64,000 nt of DNA from Octopus vulgaris (lineage: Eukaryota). The position numbers were made by a program, and so were the translations under genes. Location of the stretch: contig OX597840.1 of NCBI GenBank assembly GCA_951406725.2, forward strand, positions 496,001-560,000. Direction: 5' to 3'. Shown here in pieces: positions 28,660-43,259 of the stretch; the stretch's first letter is position 1; the number at the start of each line of letters is the position of its first letter. Below the pieces are notes generated by a model, which was given only the letters and a program-made list of their open reading frames with translations, was not told the DNA's origin and did no database searches.

Positions 28660-29385
28660 ATATTACATTATTCTTGAGGATCATAAATCGTACTTTATGA
28701 ACGATCTCATTATTTTATCGATAAATCAAGTAGAGAGAAAATTAGGATGAATGAGTGACTACAACAGAATCAACAATATCTCATTTTAAGGATAACGTTT
28801 CGGATTAATATTGTAGCAATAATGAGCTGATTTGGAATCAGATATGATAAATATAAACGAATTTTCTTCTCAATCGGATATCATTGATTACTGTCTATTC
28901 AGGACTGAGCCTTAAGAGGGAAAATGGAGGAGGGGAGGGATAAGTGTGGAAGATTGCGTGCGTATCGAAGTCGAGAGCTTAATGAGATCCCAAAACCAGA
29001 GTAAGGAAACCTTGCTGGTGACCGTTAAGAACGAGGGAATATTGACAGCAGAGAAAAAGAGAAAACAACGTACAAAAAGGGCATGAAAAAGAATAGGTAG
29101 GATTGGCTGATAAAAGGAACCCTAAAAAAGAGACAGAGAGAACTATTCTGGCAGCGCAAGACCAAGCTTTGGCCACGAAGTGGAGGATCAATCTTAGAAA
29201 TGAGCAAACGTCTCCGGTGTGCCACGTCTGAAACAGAGTGGATGAAATCATTGCCCATATCACGAACAAATGCCCTAGACTTGCTCAAAACCATTGCAAG
29301 TTGTGGCGACACGACCAAGTAGCGAATGTGCTACATTGGAAACTGTATGAAAAAGTGGGGGTCTAGAGAGAGGCAAGACGTAGTA
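28660..29385 (+). mobile_element. R4/Dong-like (RLE-type) non-LTR retrotransposon relic
   Basis: Degenerate YFMNDL (FMDDL-like) near 28690, then WLIKGTLK/ETERTILAAQDQALAT..PVCHV*..DEIIAHITNKCPRLAQNHCKLWRHDQVANVLHWKL (CCHC knuckle plus RHD motif). Confidence 0.8.
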
Positions 29386-30238
29386 TGCCCCACCTGCGCC
29401 AGCCTCGTTACCCACCCTGTCTCTGATGTAGCGGATGAAGTGGAGGTTGCCGTGGATAGACCTGGTCGGTACGGCGCATTTCTGCGCCTTGCCAATCAGC
29501 TTGTCCACGACAAGCGCCAACCGCTTCGCTAGCACCTTGGCCAAAATCTTCAACTCAGCATTGAGCAGAGTGATGGGCCTAAAGTTCCCTATCTCGTCCC
29601 GCTTGTTTGGGCCCTTTCTCAGCAAAGCCACCATTCCTCGACAAACAAAAGCAGGATTTCTCCCGTTTTGTTGCCAGTTGCAGTAGACGTTGGTCAAGAG
29701 GCCCGCAAACAAGTCTGGCATTGATGTGTAAAGCTTGCAGGGAAGACCGTCTAAACCCGGCGATCTACCTCTCGTGCAGCTTTTCATCGCTTCCTCTACT
29801 TCCTAGGCAGATATCGGCCTTTGGCAGCACTCCGCCTCGCTGGCCGAGAGTTGCAGTAGGCCGTCCAGGTACACACTGAAGTCTGTCCCGTTGTCTGTCC
29901 CACCGTTTGTCCCGAACAGTCGAGCAAAATGCTGCTGAAAGACCGCACATATCTGCTTCGGTTCGGAAACCTCGCGCCCATTCTGGTCTACCAAAGACCG
30001 ATTGGTTGCTTTGTTGCCGCGCTTCGCCTCCGCCACGCGGACCCATCGAGCGGCCTTAGTTCCCTCCCCGCTTACCGAAAGTGCCTTAGCTCTGACAACG
30101 CAGCCTTCGTGTTTGGCGTGAAAGTGTTGATCGAGGGCCAACTTGGCTGCCAACACGTCGGTTGCGATGGCTGCCACACGACACTCGTCTAGTTTTCTAA
30201 CTAAATGCCGCTCTCTTTCCTTTTGTTCTACAGCTAGA
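29386..30238 (-). mobile_element. Tx1/L1-clade LINE ORF2 fragment (linker and RT N-terminal domains)
   Basis: GCVVRAK..HFARLF..*EVGEAMKSCTRGRSPGLDGLP..NFRPITLLNAELKILAKVLAKRL..AQKCAVPTRSIHGNL; one in-frame stop; GC-rich relative to flanks. Confidence 0.9.
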
Positions 30239-30754
30239 TTTGCTGATCGAAAAGGAAAAGATGTAGCGTCTAAAAACGGTTACAATACCAGTGGTTGTAG
30301 GAGCACTTTGGATGATCAAAAAATGAAGTGAATGATCCCTTACATATCATCCATGCTGGAAGTGCAAAAGATAGTCTAAACTGGTATGTCACATGAGGAA
30401 GAGCAATGTCACAGTGAACTTTCTTGCCTTCTTTGCTCTTTATTTTCCTTGCTTCCATTTTTTCATTTTATCTTTGTTTCGTTTTTTTTTTCCTTTTCCT
30501 TTCTGTCTTTCTTCCTCTTCGTCTTCTATCACATGACTTTGTGAATGAAAAATCTGGTGCCTTTCTTTATTTTAATGGCCTAACAATGCATACAGTGAGT
30601 TTCTCTGCCCTAGGTGTTAGGAAGACGCTCAGCAAGAAATGGAAACACAATTGAAAGAGGATAATAATAACAATAATAAAGATAATAATAATAATAATAA
30701 CAACAACAACAACAACAGCAACAATAATAACAATAACAACAACAACAACACCAC

Positions 30755-30830
<76 letters not shown>

Positions 30831-31156
30831 CCCTAGTAATTACTGTCATTATCTGGAAATATTAATTAAACAGACATATAGAAATTTAACGGCTTAGAGG
30901 ACTGGTACAGTAATGGATATGTTGATGTAAATAATTAGTAGTAATTACACATTTTTTTTTCATTAGGAGCAGCCTGACTAATAATAATTCATTACAGTAA
31001 TAATGGTGATATATGCACGTGTTCGTGTGTGCGCGTATGTAAATGCTTATGTTAAGGTATATTTATATTCATATTCATGCATACGTACGTACATATATAA
31101 GCATATATAAATATATGTGTGTGTGTCTATTTGAGTGTATGTGTATATATACATAC

Positions 31157-31187
<31 letters not shown>

Positions 31188-31467
31188 TACATGTCTATGT
31201 GAGTGTATGTATATACATATCTATATGTATATACATAAGTATATATATGTATATACACATATATATATATATATATTTATAAAAATATTTATGTATTTAT
31301 GTATACATATATATATATACATATACTGTATATATATATACATATACATATATATATATATACATATATATACATATATATATATATAGTTATGCAAGTT
31401 TGTATATATTTATAAAAATATTTATGTATTTATGTATACATATATATATATATATACATATATATAT

Positions 31468-31507
<40 letters not shown>

Positions 31508-31676
31508 TTAGGCAAGTGTGTATCTGTGTATTTGCATCAATGTGCCAATATAACTATATATGTATATACATACGAATGCACAATTATTCATACATGCATA
31601 TCTACATACATCCATATATATATATATATCTATAAAAATATATACGTATGTATGAATGTGTTTGTACATGTATGTA

Positions 31677-31810
<134 letters not shown>

Positions 31811-32522
31811 TGTAAGCATATATACTTACATATATGAATACGTACACACACGTACATTTTTGCATTACAATATTAATCATTATTCTCTTCAGAAACATGC
31901 TATGAATGTCACGACTATGCAGTAGTCCGATATCTTCTCGTCACAATAATATTAGTAGTAATATTACTAATACTTCTACTATTAATAATTATGATAATAA
32001 TGACAACAACAACAACAACAACAACAACGTCGACGACGACGGCGACGCTGACGATGAGACGGCGGCGACGGCGGCAAAAGTAACAATAAGCATTTGAGAC
32101 ATTTCCACAAATCAAAATAACAGTAAAAACGCCTGGTAGATATGAGATATTAATATTTTAATTTTTAAAGTGAATTTTTGTCTATGCGTGTTTTCTTCTT
32201 TCTGTTTATGATATTATTGACAAAAACTTCCTGGCTTGAGAATACATAACACGTTTTTTTGTGTCTCTCATTGAGTTCTTTATCTTTCTGTTTTGTGTTA
32301 TTTAAAAATAATTTTCTTCCTAGCAAAATAAATAAATGAATGCCGCCATTTTTCTTTTTCTTTTTTTTCTCTGCAACGACATATCTTCATTTAGATGTAT
32401 AACTAACACCTAATAATTATCTTGTTTTCTATGCGAATGTCGTAAGTAAAGACGTAGAGTCACATAGTTAAACGATGAATAATTGATTCTAACACGGGTG
32501 TATACGTGTGTATTTACGTGTA

Positions 32523-32905
32523 GTGGAGGCGCAATGGCCCAGTGGTTAGAGCAGCGGACTCGCGGTCGTAGGATCGCGGTTTCGATTCCCAGACCGGGCG
32601 TTGTGAGTGTTTATTGAGCGAAAACACCTAAAGCTCCACGAGGCTCCGGCAGGGGATGGTGGTGATCCCTGCTGTACTCTTTCACCACAACTTTCTCTCA
32701 CTCTTACTTCCTGTTTCTGTTGTACCTGTATTTCAAAGGGCCGGCCTTGTCACTCTCTGTGTCACGCTGAATATCCCCGAGAACTACGTTGAGGGTACAC
32801 GTGTCTGTGGAGTGCTCAGCCACTTACACGTTAATTTCACGTGCAGGCTGTTCCGTTCATCGGATCAACCGGAACCCTCATCGTCGTATCCGACGGAGTG
32901 CTTCC
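32523..32905 (+). mobile_element. SINE family C (tRNA head, module C, tail X), full length with 11-bp TSD
   Basis: A box TGGCCCAGTGG, B box GTTTCGATTCC; ATTTACGTGTA at 32512-32522 and 32906-32916. Confidence 0.9.
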
Positions 32906-33231
32906 ATTTACGTGTATGTGTATGAATGCGTATGTGTGTGTGTGTGTGTGTGTGTGTGAAGAAATAATCAACTGTTGAAGGTAAAATTATGCAAAGCTTA
33001 TCTTGCATGACTAATAGAAACACATGTAATAAATTCAAATTATTATTTGGTTTTGTCATTATTCTAATACTTAGAATAGACTCGCCCTGATATGCGCGAG
33101 CAACGGAACCGTTCTACACGCACTCGTAAAGTGTCCAAGTATTTCTCACTCGTCGAATGATGTCGAACACCTGCTGACCCGTGTAGGACAGACTCCGCTA
33201 TCGGTTGATACCATTGTTCTATATATATATA

Positions 33232-33555
33232 CTAGCAGTATCGCCCGGCGTTGCTCAGGTTTGTAAGGGAAATAACTATAAAGCATTTTTTGAGAGTTAA
33301 AAAAGGTGGAGTTGCGTCCCCTAGACGGTCTGTGGTTTGGGTTTCTGATTCTCGACCCCATGTCGAATTTATCGATTTTTTTCAGAACTGGGGGAACTTT
33401 TCAAAATTTTCGCTGCGTTAGTTTTGAATTATGACATTGGGCTATGTGTGTGTCAAGTTTCATCAGAATCGGTTGAAAGCCGTGGTCAGGGTGAGGGTAC
33501 AAGCAAACAGACACACAGAAACACGCACAGACAAACTGCCGTTTATATATAGAGA
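33232..33555 (-). mobile_element. Non-autonomous Helitron-like element
   Basis: Minus strand A|TCTCTATATATAA..CCTGAGCAACGCCGGG hairpin..CTAG|T; related to 55521-55979. Confidence 0.8.
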
Positions 33556-33571
33556 TGTATATATATATAAC

Positions 33572-33793
33572 GGGAAGGTTTACGAAAATAAACAAAAGAC
33601 GAAGGCAGGTTTACGAAAATAAACAAAAGAAGAAGGTAGGTGGAGTACAAACAAACAAATGTATTAGTATGGCGCTCAGGAATAGAAATAGGAAAAGTCT
33701 TTTACGTTTCGAGCCTACGCTCTTCGACAGAAAGATACACAGAAAAGAAACAAGGAGAGAAAAAAAATTGCGTGTAGAGGCTAACGATCCAGG
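33572..33793 (-). mobile_element. Family E element with hammerhead-like motif at 33698-33735 (core CUGUCGA)
   Basis: TCTTT-CTGTCGA-A-GAGC GTAG GCTC-GAAACGT A-AAAGA; also a 31-bp internal tandem duplication. Confidence 0.72.
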
Positions 33794-33852
33794 CACACAC
33801 AGTTATGTTCACGTAAGCAGGAAAATTAGAACTCAAAATGTATAAATACATA

Positions 33853-33944
<92 letters not shown>

Positions 33945-34039
33945 TGTATATATATATATATACAGACACACACAGTTGTGTTGATGTAAGCAGGAAAATT
34001 AGACCTCAAAATGTATAAATACATATCTATATCTATCTG

Positions 34040-34153
<114 letters not shown>

Positions 34154-34162
34154 ATCTATCTA

Positions 34163-34247
<85 letters not shown>

Positions 34248-34880
34248 TATATGCATGTATGTATATATATATATGTGTGCATATGTATATATATGTATAC
34301 ACACACGAATACATATATATAGCGAGCGTGAGAGTATATAGGCTGATATAGTTTGCTACGCTGGCAAAGATGAGTTTGATTAGCATTGAAGTAAACAGAC
34401 AGCAATGAAAGAAGAGATAGTTAAAGAAGTCGATAGAAAAGAGAACAAAATGGAGATAAACGCACACAAGCGACACTCATACACGCACTCATACACACAC
34501 ACACACATACACACACACACACATACACACACTCTCATATACAGAGACAAGCGTATGCTCGCACGTGCAAACGCATAGACACACACTTATTTTATCAGTG
34601 TATCCCTCTCGATGTGTATAAGTGTTTGTATGCTTGTGTGCATCTGTCTATCGACATACACATACACACACAAACCACACACAGAACACACACACATATA
34701 TATGTATGGATGTATATAAGTATACATACATGGATGTATATATGTATATATATATAATTAAATGTGTATATATGTTGGGGTGTACATTCATCTATAAATT
34801 TCGGTACGCATAAGAATACAGATGTATATGTGTGTACGTGTGTGTGTGTGTATGTATGTATGTGAGTATGTATATATATA

Positions 34881-34919
<39 letters not shown>

Positions 34920-35058
34920 ACTCATATGTGTATGTATACATATATATATATATTTATGTATATGTATACATCTATGTGTGTATGTACATATATATATATA
35001 AATATATATATTTATATATGAATATATGCATGTACCTGTCTGTTAGCCTATCTATCTC

Positions 35059-35142
<84 letters not shown>

Positions 35143-35143
35143 C

Positions 35144-35178
<35 letters not shown>

Positions 35179-35179
35179 C

Positions 35180-35234
<55 letters not shown>

Positions 35235-35716
35235 CCCACATATCTACTTGTCTCTGTCTGTCTGTCTCTCTCTCTCTATATATACATTTATTAGTTATAT
35301 ATTATATGTACGCACGTGTCTGCTAGTGTAAGCGTGTAAGCGTGTATACACATGTAAACGTGATAGACATCGAAATTAGATGGATTTTAAAATGGCCGAC
35401 CTTAGAGGGTGGTAAACAGTTATTTATAGGTAATTCAAACGGAAATGGAAGCTTTAAACGTTCGTGCGATAATTATTAGGGGAACTAGCACAACCAGTGT
35501 CCGATATTTCTAATATCACACGACGATATCACTATAGTGTATTGTATACAGTCAGCAGGAGGTGACACATTGTGCCCGACACAGTAGGACGTTCACAAAC
35601 CGTCTATAAAAGTTCAAGGCGTAAACACAAGACGTGTAGAAATTTTGATGATGGCGACCATTATGTAACTTTGATCACAATAACTTATATTTGGATATAG
35701 TTACTACATATAAGTG

Positions 35717-35778
<62 letters not shown>

Positions 35779-36077
35779 TATATACAGAGATGTGTATACA
35801 TATATAAACCTACCTACATACATATATATATATATATATGTATATATATTTATATATATATATATTTATGTATATACTGTGGCTGGAGAGATAGATGTAG
35901 ACATATATTTGTAGAAACTTGTTGACAATGCGATGATGGAATCCATTATATAACTCATGACATTAGTTCAATATATATACATATATATATATACATACAC
36001 ACTCAAATATACACGCACATATATATATATTCGTATACTTATATACATACATACACATATATTTATATATATATGTA

Positions 36078-36120
<43 letters not shown>

Positions 36121-36471
36121 GCATACATATATATATATATATATGTGTGTATATGTATACACACACACACACGCACACATATATATACAGAATATATTTC
36201 TAGAAATCTGACGTAGACAGTCATTATATAATGCTGATAACAATGGCAGACAATCTACTTGTACGCAAGTTTATTACCCTTATAATCATGAAATCATACA
36301 TACATATATATATACACATATTTATATGAATATCTACTTGTATATATATAAATATATATGTATATATATTTATACAAATATATATATATTATATACGTAT
36401 CTATACATACACATATAATTATATATATACATATATATAATATATGTACGTATATATATAGACACACACAT

Positions 36472-36502
<31 letters not shown>

Positions 36503-36879
36503 AAAATATATATACATTACTGTACATATATTCTTTACAACAGGAACACTCTACTCTAAGAAATCGTTTTAAAATATTTAAGTAGTTATATATCCTTCTA
36601 TACGTATGTATAAATATATATGCAAATATTTTCATATATTTGTATTCATATATATTTTACCCCATTATATGCTTTAAAATCAAGCATGCCTGGGAGCGTA
36701 ATAGGAAGGCAATCAGACTTCGAGACAGAATTGTATATAAAGACATTTACGTAGAGAATAGAGAGAAAATATGTATATGCATACAACACACACGTACCAC
36801 AGGAATATACATGCATAGATGCTAACATGAATACATATATGTATACACAAGCTCACACATATACACATATACACACAGC

Positions 36880-37132
36880 CTGAATCTCCCGTTGAAGACG
36901 ACCTGCACAAACGATTTGTAAACTGTGATCAAATGTGTGTCGTACATTACCTCACTCCATCCATAGAATCGAAGTTGCTTGAACAGGGACACGATGTACC
37001 ACCATGGGTCACCTTTCAAATTGATTGCAGAGCAATGTGCGATGGATTGTCTTGCTCAAGAACACAATGCACTACGCGATCTAGAAACTTACCTACGATC
37101 TCATGATCATGAGTACAACACCGTAACCATTA
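36880..37132 (-). mobile_element. Old CORE-like tRNA SINE
   Basis: Minus strand TGGTTACGGTGTTGTACTCATGATC..TTGTGTTCTTGAGCAAGAC. Confidence 0.55.
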
Positions 37133-37159
37133 TATATATATATATATATATTATATATA

Positions 37160-37340
37160 GCGTTTCTTCAGATGGCCAGATAACCGAAGAGATGGTGTTG
37201 TGGATTTCCACTTCGGCATCTGAAACTCAGAGTTTTATCTTGACTATTGAGTATTTGTAACATATCATTTTATAGATAAATTTCCTCTATTTACATAATA
37301 TTGAGGTCTTTTTCTTTCTTTTGTTATCTTACCGTTTTTA

Positions 37341-37344
<4 letters not shown>
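37160..37344 (+). mobile_element. Family F element in (TA)n with intact CCGAAGA hammerhead-like motif at 37178-37240
   Basis: Motif identical to the reverse complement of 23359-23421. Confidence 0.78.
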
Positions 37345-37410
<66 letters not shown>

Positions 37411-37421
37411 AACATAAACAT

Positions 37422-37845
37422 TTGTCCCAAAGTTTGGCATCGAGAGTTACACAAATACTAGAATTGGGCGCCACTGCATAGTGCCAAGGACTCCGAATTT
37501 GTCATCAAGATGTAGAACAAGATACTGTGATAGCCTGGGTTTCCGAGGCCCACAGCTCTTCAATATCCTTCCGAAGGACCTGAGAGTCCTGCATGGGGAG
37601 GATGCGGATGACTTTAAAATAAAGCTGGACCTCTTCCTGTCAGGTGTCTCAGATGAACCAACTTCACGGCAGGAGGTGCAGATGAAGGCAGCTGCATCAA
37701 ACTCTCTCATGCACCAAATGTCAATTGCTAAAAAGCATTCGTGAAGTAAAATCATTTAGCAACACCGAATGGCGGTGGTCCAGCATGGCCACAGCTTGTG
37801 AGCTGAAATTAGATGAAATAAAATAAAATAAAATAAAATAAAATA
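37422..37845 (+). mobile_element. CR1-like LINE 3' end (ORF2 C-terminus, short UTR, (AAAAT)n tail)
   Basis: VPKFGIESYTNTRIGRHCIVP..SLGFRGPQLFNILPKDLR..FKIKLDLFLSGVSDEP..AASNSL; stop at 37742-37744. Confidence 0.85.
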
Positions 37846-38268
37846 TATATACTTCATCCCCTTCTTCTTTTTCTTCTTCTTCTTCTTCTTCTTCTTCTTC
37901 TTCTTCTTCTCATTCTTCTTCTTCTTCTTCTTCTTCTTCTTCTTCTTCTTCTTTTTCTTCTTCTTCTTCTTCTTGTCCATTATTAAGGCGGAGGGCTGGC
38001 AGGATAACTCTCTCATGCACCAAATGTCAATTGCTAAAAAGCATTCGTGAAGTAAAATCATTTAGCAACACCGAATGGCGGTGGTCCAGCATGGCCACAG
38101 CTTGTGAGCTGAAACTAGATAAAATAAGATAAAATAAAATAAAATAAAATTTATATACTTCATCCCCTTCTTCTTCTTCTTCTTCTTCTTCTTCTTCTTC
38201 TTCTTCTTCTTCTTCTTCTTCTTCTTCTTCTTCTTCTTCTTCTTCTTGTCCATTATTAAGGCGGAGGG
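37700..38268. repeat. Tandem duplication (period 306) of LINE end + (CTT)n + SINE B start
   Basis: AACTCTCTCATGCACC at 37700 and 38006; both units end in GTCCATTATTAAGGCGGAGGG. Confidence 0.92.
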
Positions 38269-38610
38269 TTTAATTAGCACACTGGACAAAATGCTTAGCG
38301 GCATTTCGTCCGTCTTTACGGTCTAAGTTCAAGTTCCCAGTAAGCAGTAAATATGATTTTGTAGTGTTTTCATATTTTCCAATTTCCAATGCAAATACTC
38401 TTCTCCCTTATCGTGGCGATGTTTGCATTCGTTTGGTGCCAGCACAGGTCATCCCGAGACGAGATGGCCTATTGTTTCCTCAAATGTATCGCAGAATCTG
38501 CATTTAGGGTTAGAACCGTTTTGAAATAAGATACCTGGTAGTTTTGGGTTTACAAGCCTTGGTCATGTGCCGCCAATATGAAGCCTTCAGATTCTGCTTA
38601 TTATTTTTAT

Positions 38611-38662
<52 letters not shown>

Positions 38663-38663
38663 G

Positions 38664-38695
<32 letters not shown>

Positions 38696-38726
38696 ACTAC
38701 CACTATTATTATTGTTATTATTATTA

Positions 38727-38774
<48 letters not shown>

Positions 38775-38946
38775 GGTTTGTTACTAAGACCGTTGTTAGG
38801 CGTGCATGACTCCAAGTACAGAATCACATTGCAATAATTACTACTGTGTCCTTACAATAGCAATGGAGATAATGCTGACGGCGAGGGAGGTAGTGATGCT
38901 GGAGATGCTCTTGTTCATGACAACAATAACAACAACAACGACAATA

Positions 38947-39000
<54 letters not shown>

Positions 39001-39054
39001 TGATAGCAACAAACAACAGCAACAACAACAACAACAACAATAATAATAATAATA

Positions 39055-39125
<71 letters not shown>

Positions 39126-39643
39126 AATGATAATGATAATAATAAAGAATGTGACGTTGGCGACGACGATGGTGGTAATGATGATGAGGATGATAATGAG
39201 TTAATATAAATGGCGACTGTCAATGTTTAAGGATGAAGTGAACGCATGCGCAAAGGGAAACAGATAATATATACGTACGGGAGCACTACACACACGCGCA
39301 CACACACATCTAATATACATATATGTATAAGTGTGTGACGTTTTGCATGCATGTGTGTATGTGTGTGTGTTTGTGTGTGCAGGTGCGTTTGTGTGTTTGT
39401 GGACAGACACACAAATATGTAGACGTACCGAAATATAAATATAAACGCATCTGTATGTGTATATTTATACATGTATACACGTGCATGTGTATGTAAACAT
39501 AGATATGGATATAAACATGTGTATCTCTCTTTTTTATCTCTCAATCAATCAATCACATCAATCGATCAATCAATGTAGGGACGTATGTACATATCTATCT
39601 ACCTGTCTCTCTATGTACGTATGTATGTATGTATGTATGTTTG

Positions 39644-39684
<41 letters not shown>

Positions 39685-39738
39685 GTCTATCTGTCAATCT
39701 ATCTACCTATTTATAATCTTATAATGTATATATATATG

Positions 39739-39788
<50 letters not shown>

Positions 39789-40906
39789 TAACTACCATGT
39801 ATGTATATATGTATTTATATATGTATATATGAATTACGTATCTATATATGAATTATGTATACATAATTCATATCTGTCAATCTGTCTATCTATAATTTCT
39901 TATATATAATATACAGACATGTATACATGCATATATGTATACATACATACTATGTATGTATGTCTTTATGTATGTATATATGTATCTATCTGTCTATATA
40001 TCCATCTATGTATCTATAATTTTTTATATATAATATACATATATATACATACATATGTGTATACATACATACTATGAATGTATGTATTTATGTATGTATG
40101 TATGCATGGATGCATTCATACATAACTTGTACAGAATGAACAAAAACAACAGAAAGAGTGAAATAAATGACAAAACAGGGGTGTTAAGATACTGAAGTGT
40201 TTAATAAGATAATAATGAAGCAAAAACTAAAACAGCACCAAAATGAACAACAGCAATCCTCTCTACCCAGGCCCATCCCTCAAAAAATATGAATAAAAAT
40301 GAATAAAACTAAATGAATAAATATACAAAAAATACACGAAAACTGAATTGTCACAAAATCAAATGAAAATACAAAATACATGGAAAAAAATTCAAAAATA
40401 AAGAAGCTAAAAAATATAATCAAACTTAAAATGGTGGAACAATAAAGCTAAACGCGAAATACAAGGGGGAAAATTACGCGTAAGAATGGGAAGAATTGAA
40501 ACCCCGCCTCGAATTTGTTCTTACCCAACCATTTATTATTCCTCTATCTGCCCGGGTCAGAGAAGGTCTATCGTGATATAAGGAAATTGGTTGAAATCAA
40601 ATTTTTATTATTCATTTGTGGTATTTGTATTTCATTGCCAAAGTGAAGTGTGTTAAATTGATGTTAACTCCAGAGGTCACAAGATGCTGCTGCTTTTTGT
40701 CTTTTTGTTCTTGCTTTTGTTGTTGTTGTTGTTGTTAACGTTGTAGCTGGTTGTGATGCTTCTGTTTGTTGTGTGTTTGTATATGTTTATGTTTGTGCGC
40801 GTGTGTGTATGTGTGTGTATTTTGAAAGACTTCATTGTGACTCGTACGTATACATATATGTATGTTTGTATGTATGTTTATGTATATGTATATACACATA
40901 TAGGCA

Positions 40907-40979
<73 letters not shown>

Positions 40980-41217
40980 AGAGAAAGAGAGAGAGAAGGA
41001 GAGGGAAATACATTGATAAATAAGTATGAATATAAGGCTGCATACGTACACACACACACATATATATATATAGTTATTAATTTATACATACATACATACA
41101 TACATACACAGAGACTCATATATATATATCTATATATATATGTGTGTGTGTGTATGTGTGTTGCATTTATATACATATATACATATTCATATATATATAA
41201 ATGTCTAAATATATATA

Positions 41218-41303
<86 letters not shown>

Positions 41304-41675
41304 TATTCGTGTGTGAGAGTGTATGATTGTGTGTGCGGATGCGTATGGATGTATTTGTATATGTGTGTGTGATTGTGCGTGTGTGTGTAATGCATTCTTG
41401 CACACACATAGCCTAAATTCTTAGAAGTAATTTCTTCCGAATATAATTTGTCTGAACTGAAGCAATATCACCTCAGGCTTCTGGCTCAATAATAATAATA
41501 ACAACAACAACAACAATTACAAGAACAAGAATAACAGAAACGACAACGATGACAACAACGACATCATCACCGCCCCACCACCACCACCACCAACCCCCCT
41601 ACGATCATCTTCTTCTTCATCATCATCATTATCATCATCAATATATTATTATCTTTTCTATTATTAAAACCAATA

Positions 41676-41842
41676 ATACTTCAAATTTCGGCGCGGGGCC
41701 AGTAGTTCTGACGGTGTGGGTGGGTGGGTGGGGGGTCAAGTCGATTATATCGACCCCCCTACGTTGCAAGCATTTTATTTTATCGATTCCCGAGAGAGGA
41801 TGAAATGCAGAGTCGAGACCTCGGCGGCATTCGAACACTGAG
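41676..41842 (-). mobile_element. Old SINE family B fragment
   Basis: AAGTCGATTATATCGACCCC..GGATGAAA..CTCGGCGGCATTCGAAC. Confidence 0.65.
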
Positions 41843-42069
41843 GAGTAACAGCAACTGGAAACTCCGGGGATAGACAGGGTCCCCCAACTTCTGGCTGAAA
41901 CACCCCTCACAAGTTGCCCATTTAGCGGCAACTTTTAATTTATTAATGTGCAACCCTGAATCAACGTCAAACCTGGAGGCAGGAAAGAAAAACCGTCTTA
42001 ACAACAACAACAACAACAACAACAATAATAATAATAATAATAAATTCTCATTTTTCCTTAATTCTCGTT

Positions 42070-42162
<93 letters not shown>

Positions 42163-42173
42163 GTAGTAGTAGC

Positions 42174-42232
<59 letters not shown>

Positions 42233-42303
42233 TAATAACAATATTAGTAATAATAATAATATTAATAGTAATAATAATAATAATGATAATAATAATTAAA
42301 ATG

Positions 42304-42352
<49 letters not shown>

Positions 42353-42393
42353 TATTAGTAATAATAATAATAATAGTAATAATAATAATAATG

Positions 42394-42451
<58 letters not shown>

Positions 42452-42860
42452 TAATAATAATAATAATAATAATGACGACGATTTCTTTTATTCCCTAATA
42501 GGGCGAAGGATGAAGGGGATAATACAAAAGCAGTCAAGTGTGGAGGTTTACATATAATGAAATGAGAGAAAAAAATATATATATACATATACCAGGTGGT
42601 GCTATTAAGTTAGACATGGCCTGGGCCAATAATGGCCGAAACCTATCAAAGTATCAAAGTATCAAAGTATATATAGAAAGTATACAGAGTACACAATAAG
42701 ACAGAGAAAGGAAGCAATGCGTAGTATACAAAAGTAAAAGTTAAAAAAAAAAATTTTTTTAACGGATAATGATAGTATTGTGCCCCTCATGACAGGAGGA
42801 CCAGGATATCGCTATCATTATCCCGTGTTTTAATTTTATATTTTTTTAATTTAATAATGT

Positions 42861-43062
42861 GTTCCAAATTTTGGCTGAAGTCCAGTAAGTTCGGGGGAGG
42901 GGTTAAGTTGTTTACATTGACCCCAGTACTCGACTGGTACTTATTTTATCGACACCGGAAAGGATGGAAGGCAAATGCGACCTCGGAGGAATTTAAGCAC
43001 GGACGGTAAAGACGTACGAAAAACCGCTAAGCATTTTACCCGGCGTTGCTAACTATTCTGAC
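42861..43062 (-). mobile_element. Old-tail SINE family B
   Basis: GACCCCAGTACTCGACTGGTACTTATTTTATCGAC..CCGCTAAGCATTT. Confidence 0.75.
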
Positions 43063-43100
43063 AAATCAAGGCCGTATGTTTTTATTTAATAATAATAATA

Positions 43101-43259
43101 ATATTGTTGTATTTAGGAATGGTCATTTTGCCAGTTTAGCCAATAAAATTACACGCACTATATATTTGGTGTTACTTTGCTTCAGTAACACCAAATATAT
43201 AGTGCGTGTGCTTTTATTGGCTAAACTGGCAAAATGACCATTCCTAAATATAACAATAT
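43101..43259. repeat. Hairpin: 76-bp inverted arms, 7-nt loop
   Basis: 43101-43176 versus 43184-43259, about 3 mismatches. Confidence 0.95.

Noticed and set aside
32523-32595. Functional tRNA gene (also heads at 60310-60380, 14794, 24849)
   Set aside because: A/B boxes are present, but I found no proper acceptor stem, and each runs into a SINE body; the 32.5-kb and 60.1-kb copies are bounded by TSDs.
38503-38513. TTTAGGGTTAG as an interstitial telomere
   Set aside because: Fewer than two units; expected by chance.
41843-42000. Possible LINE 3' end before (AAC)n (NFWLKHPSQVAHLA)
   Set aside because: Too short and weak to assign without a database search.
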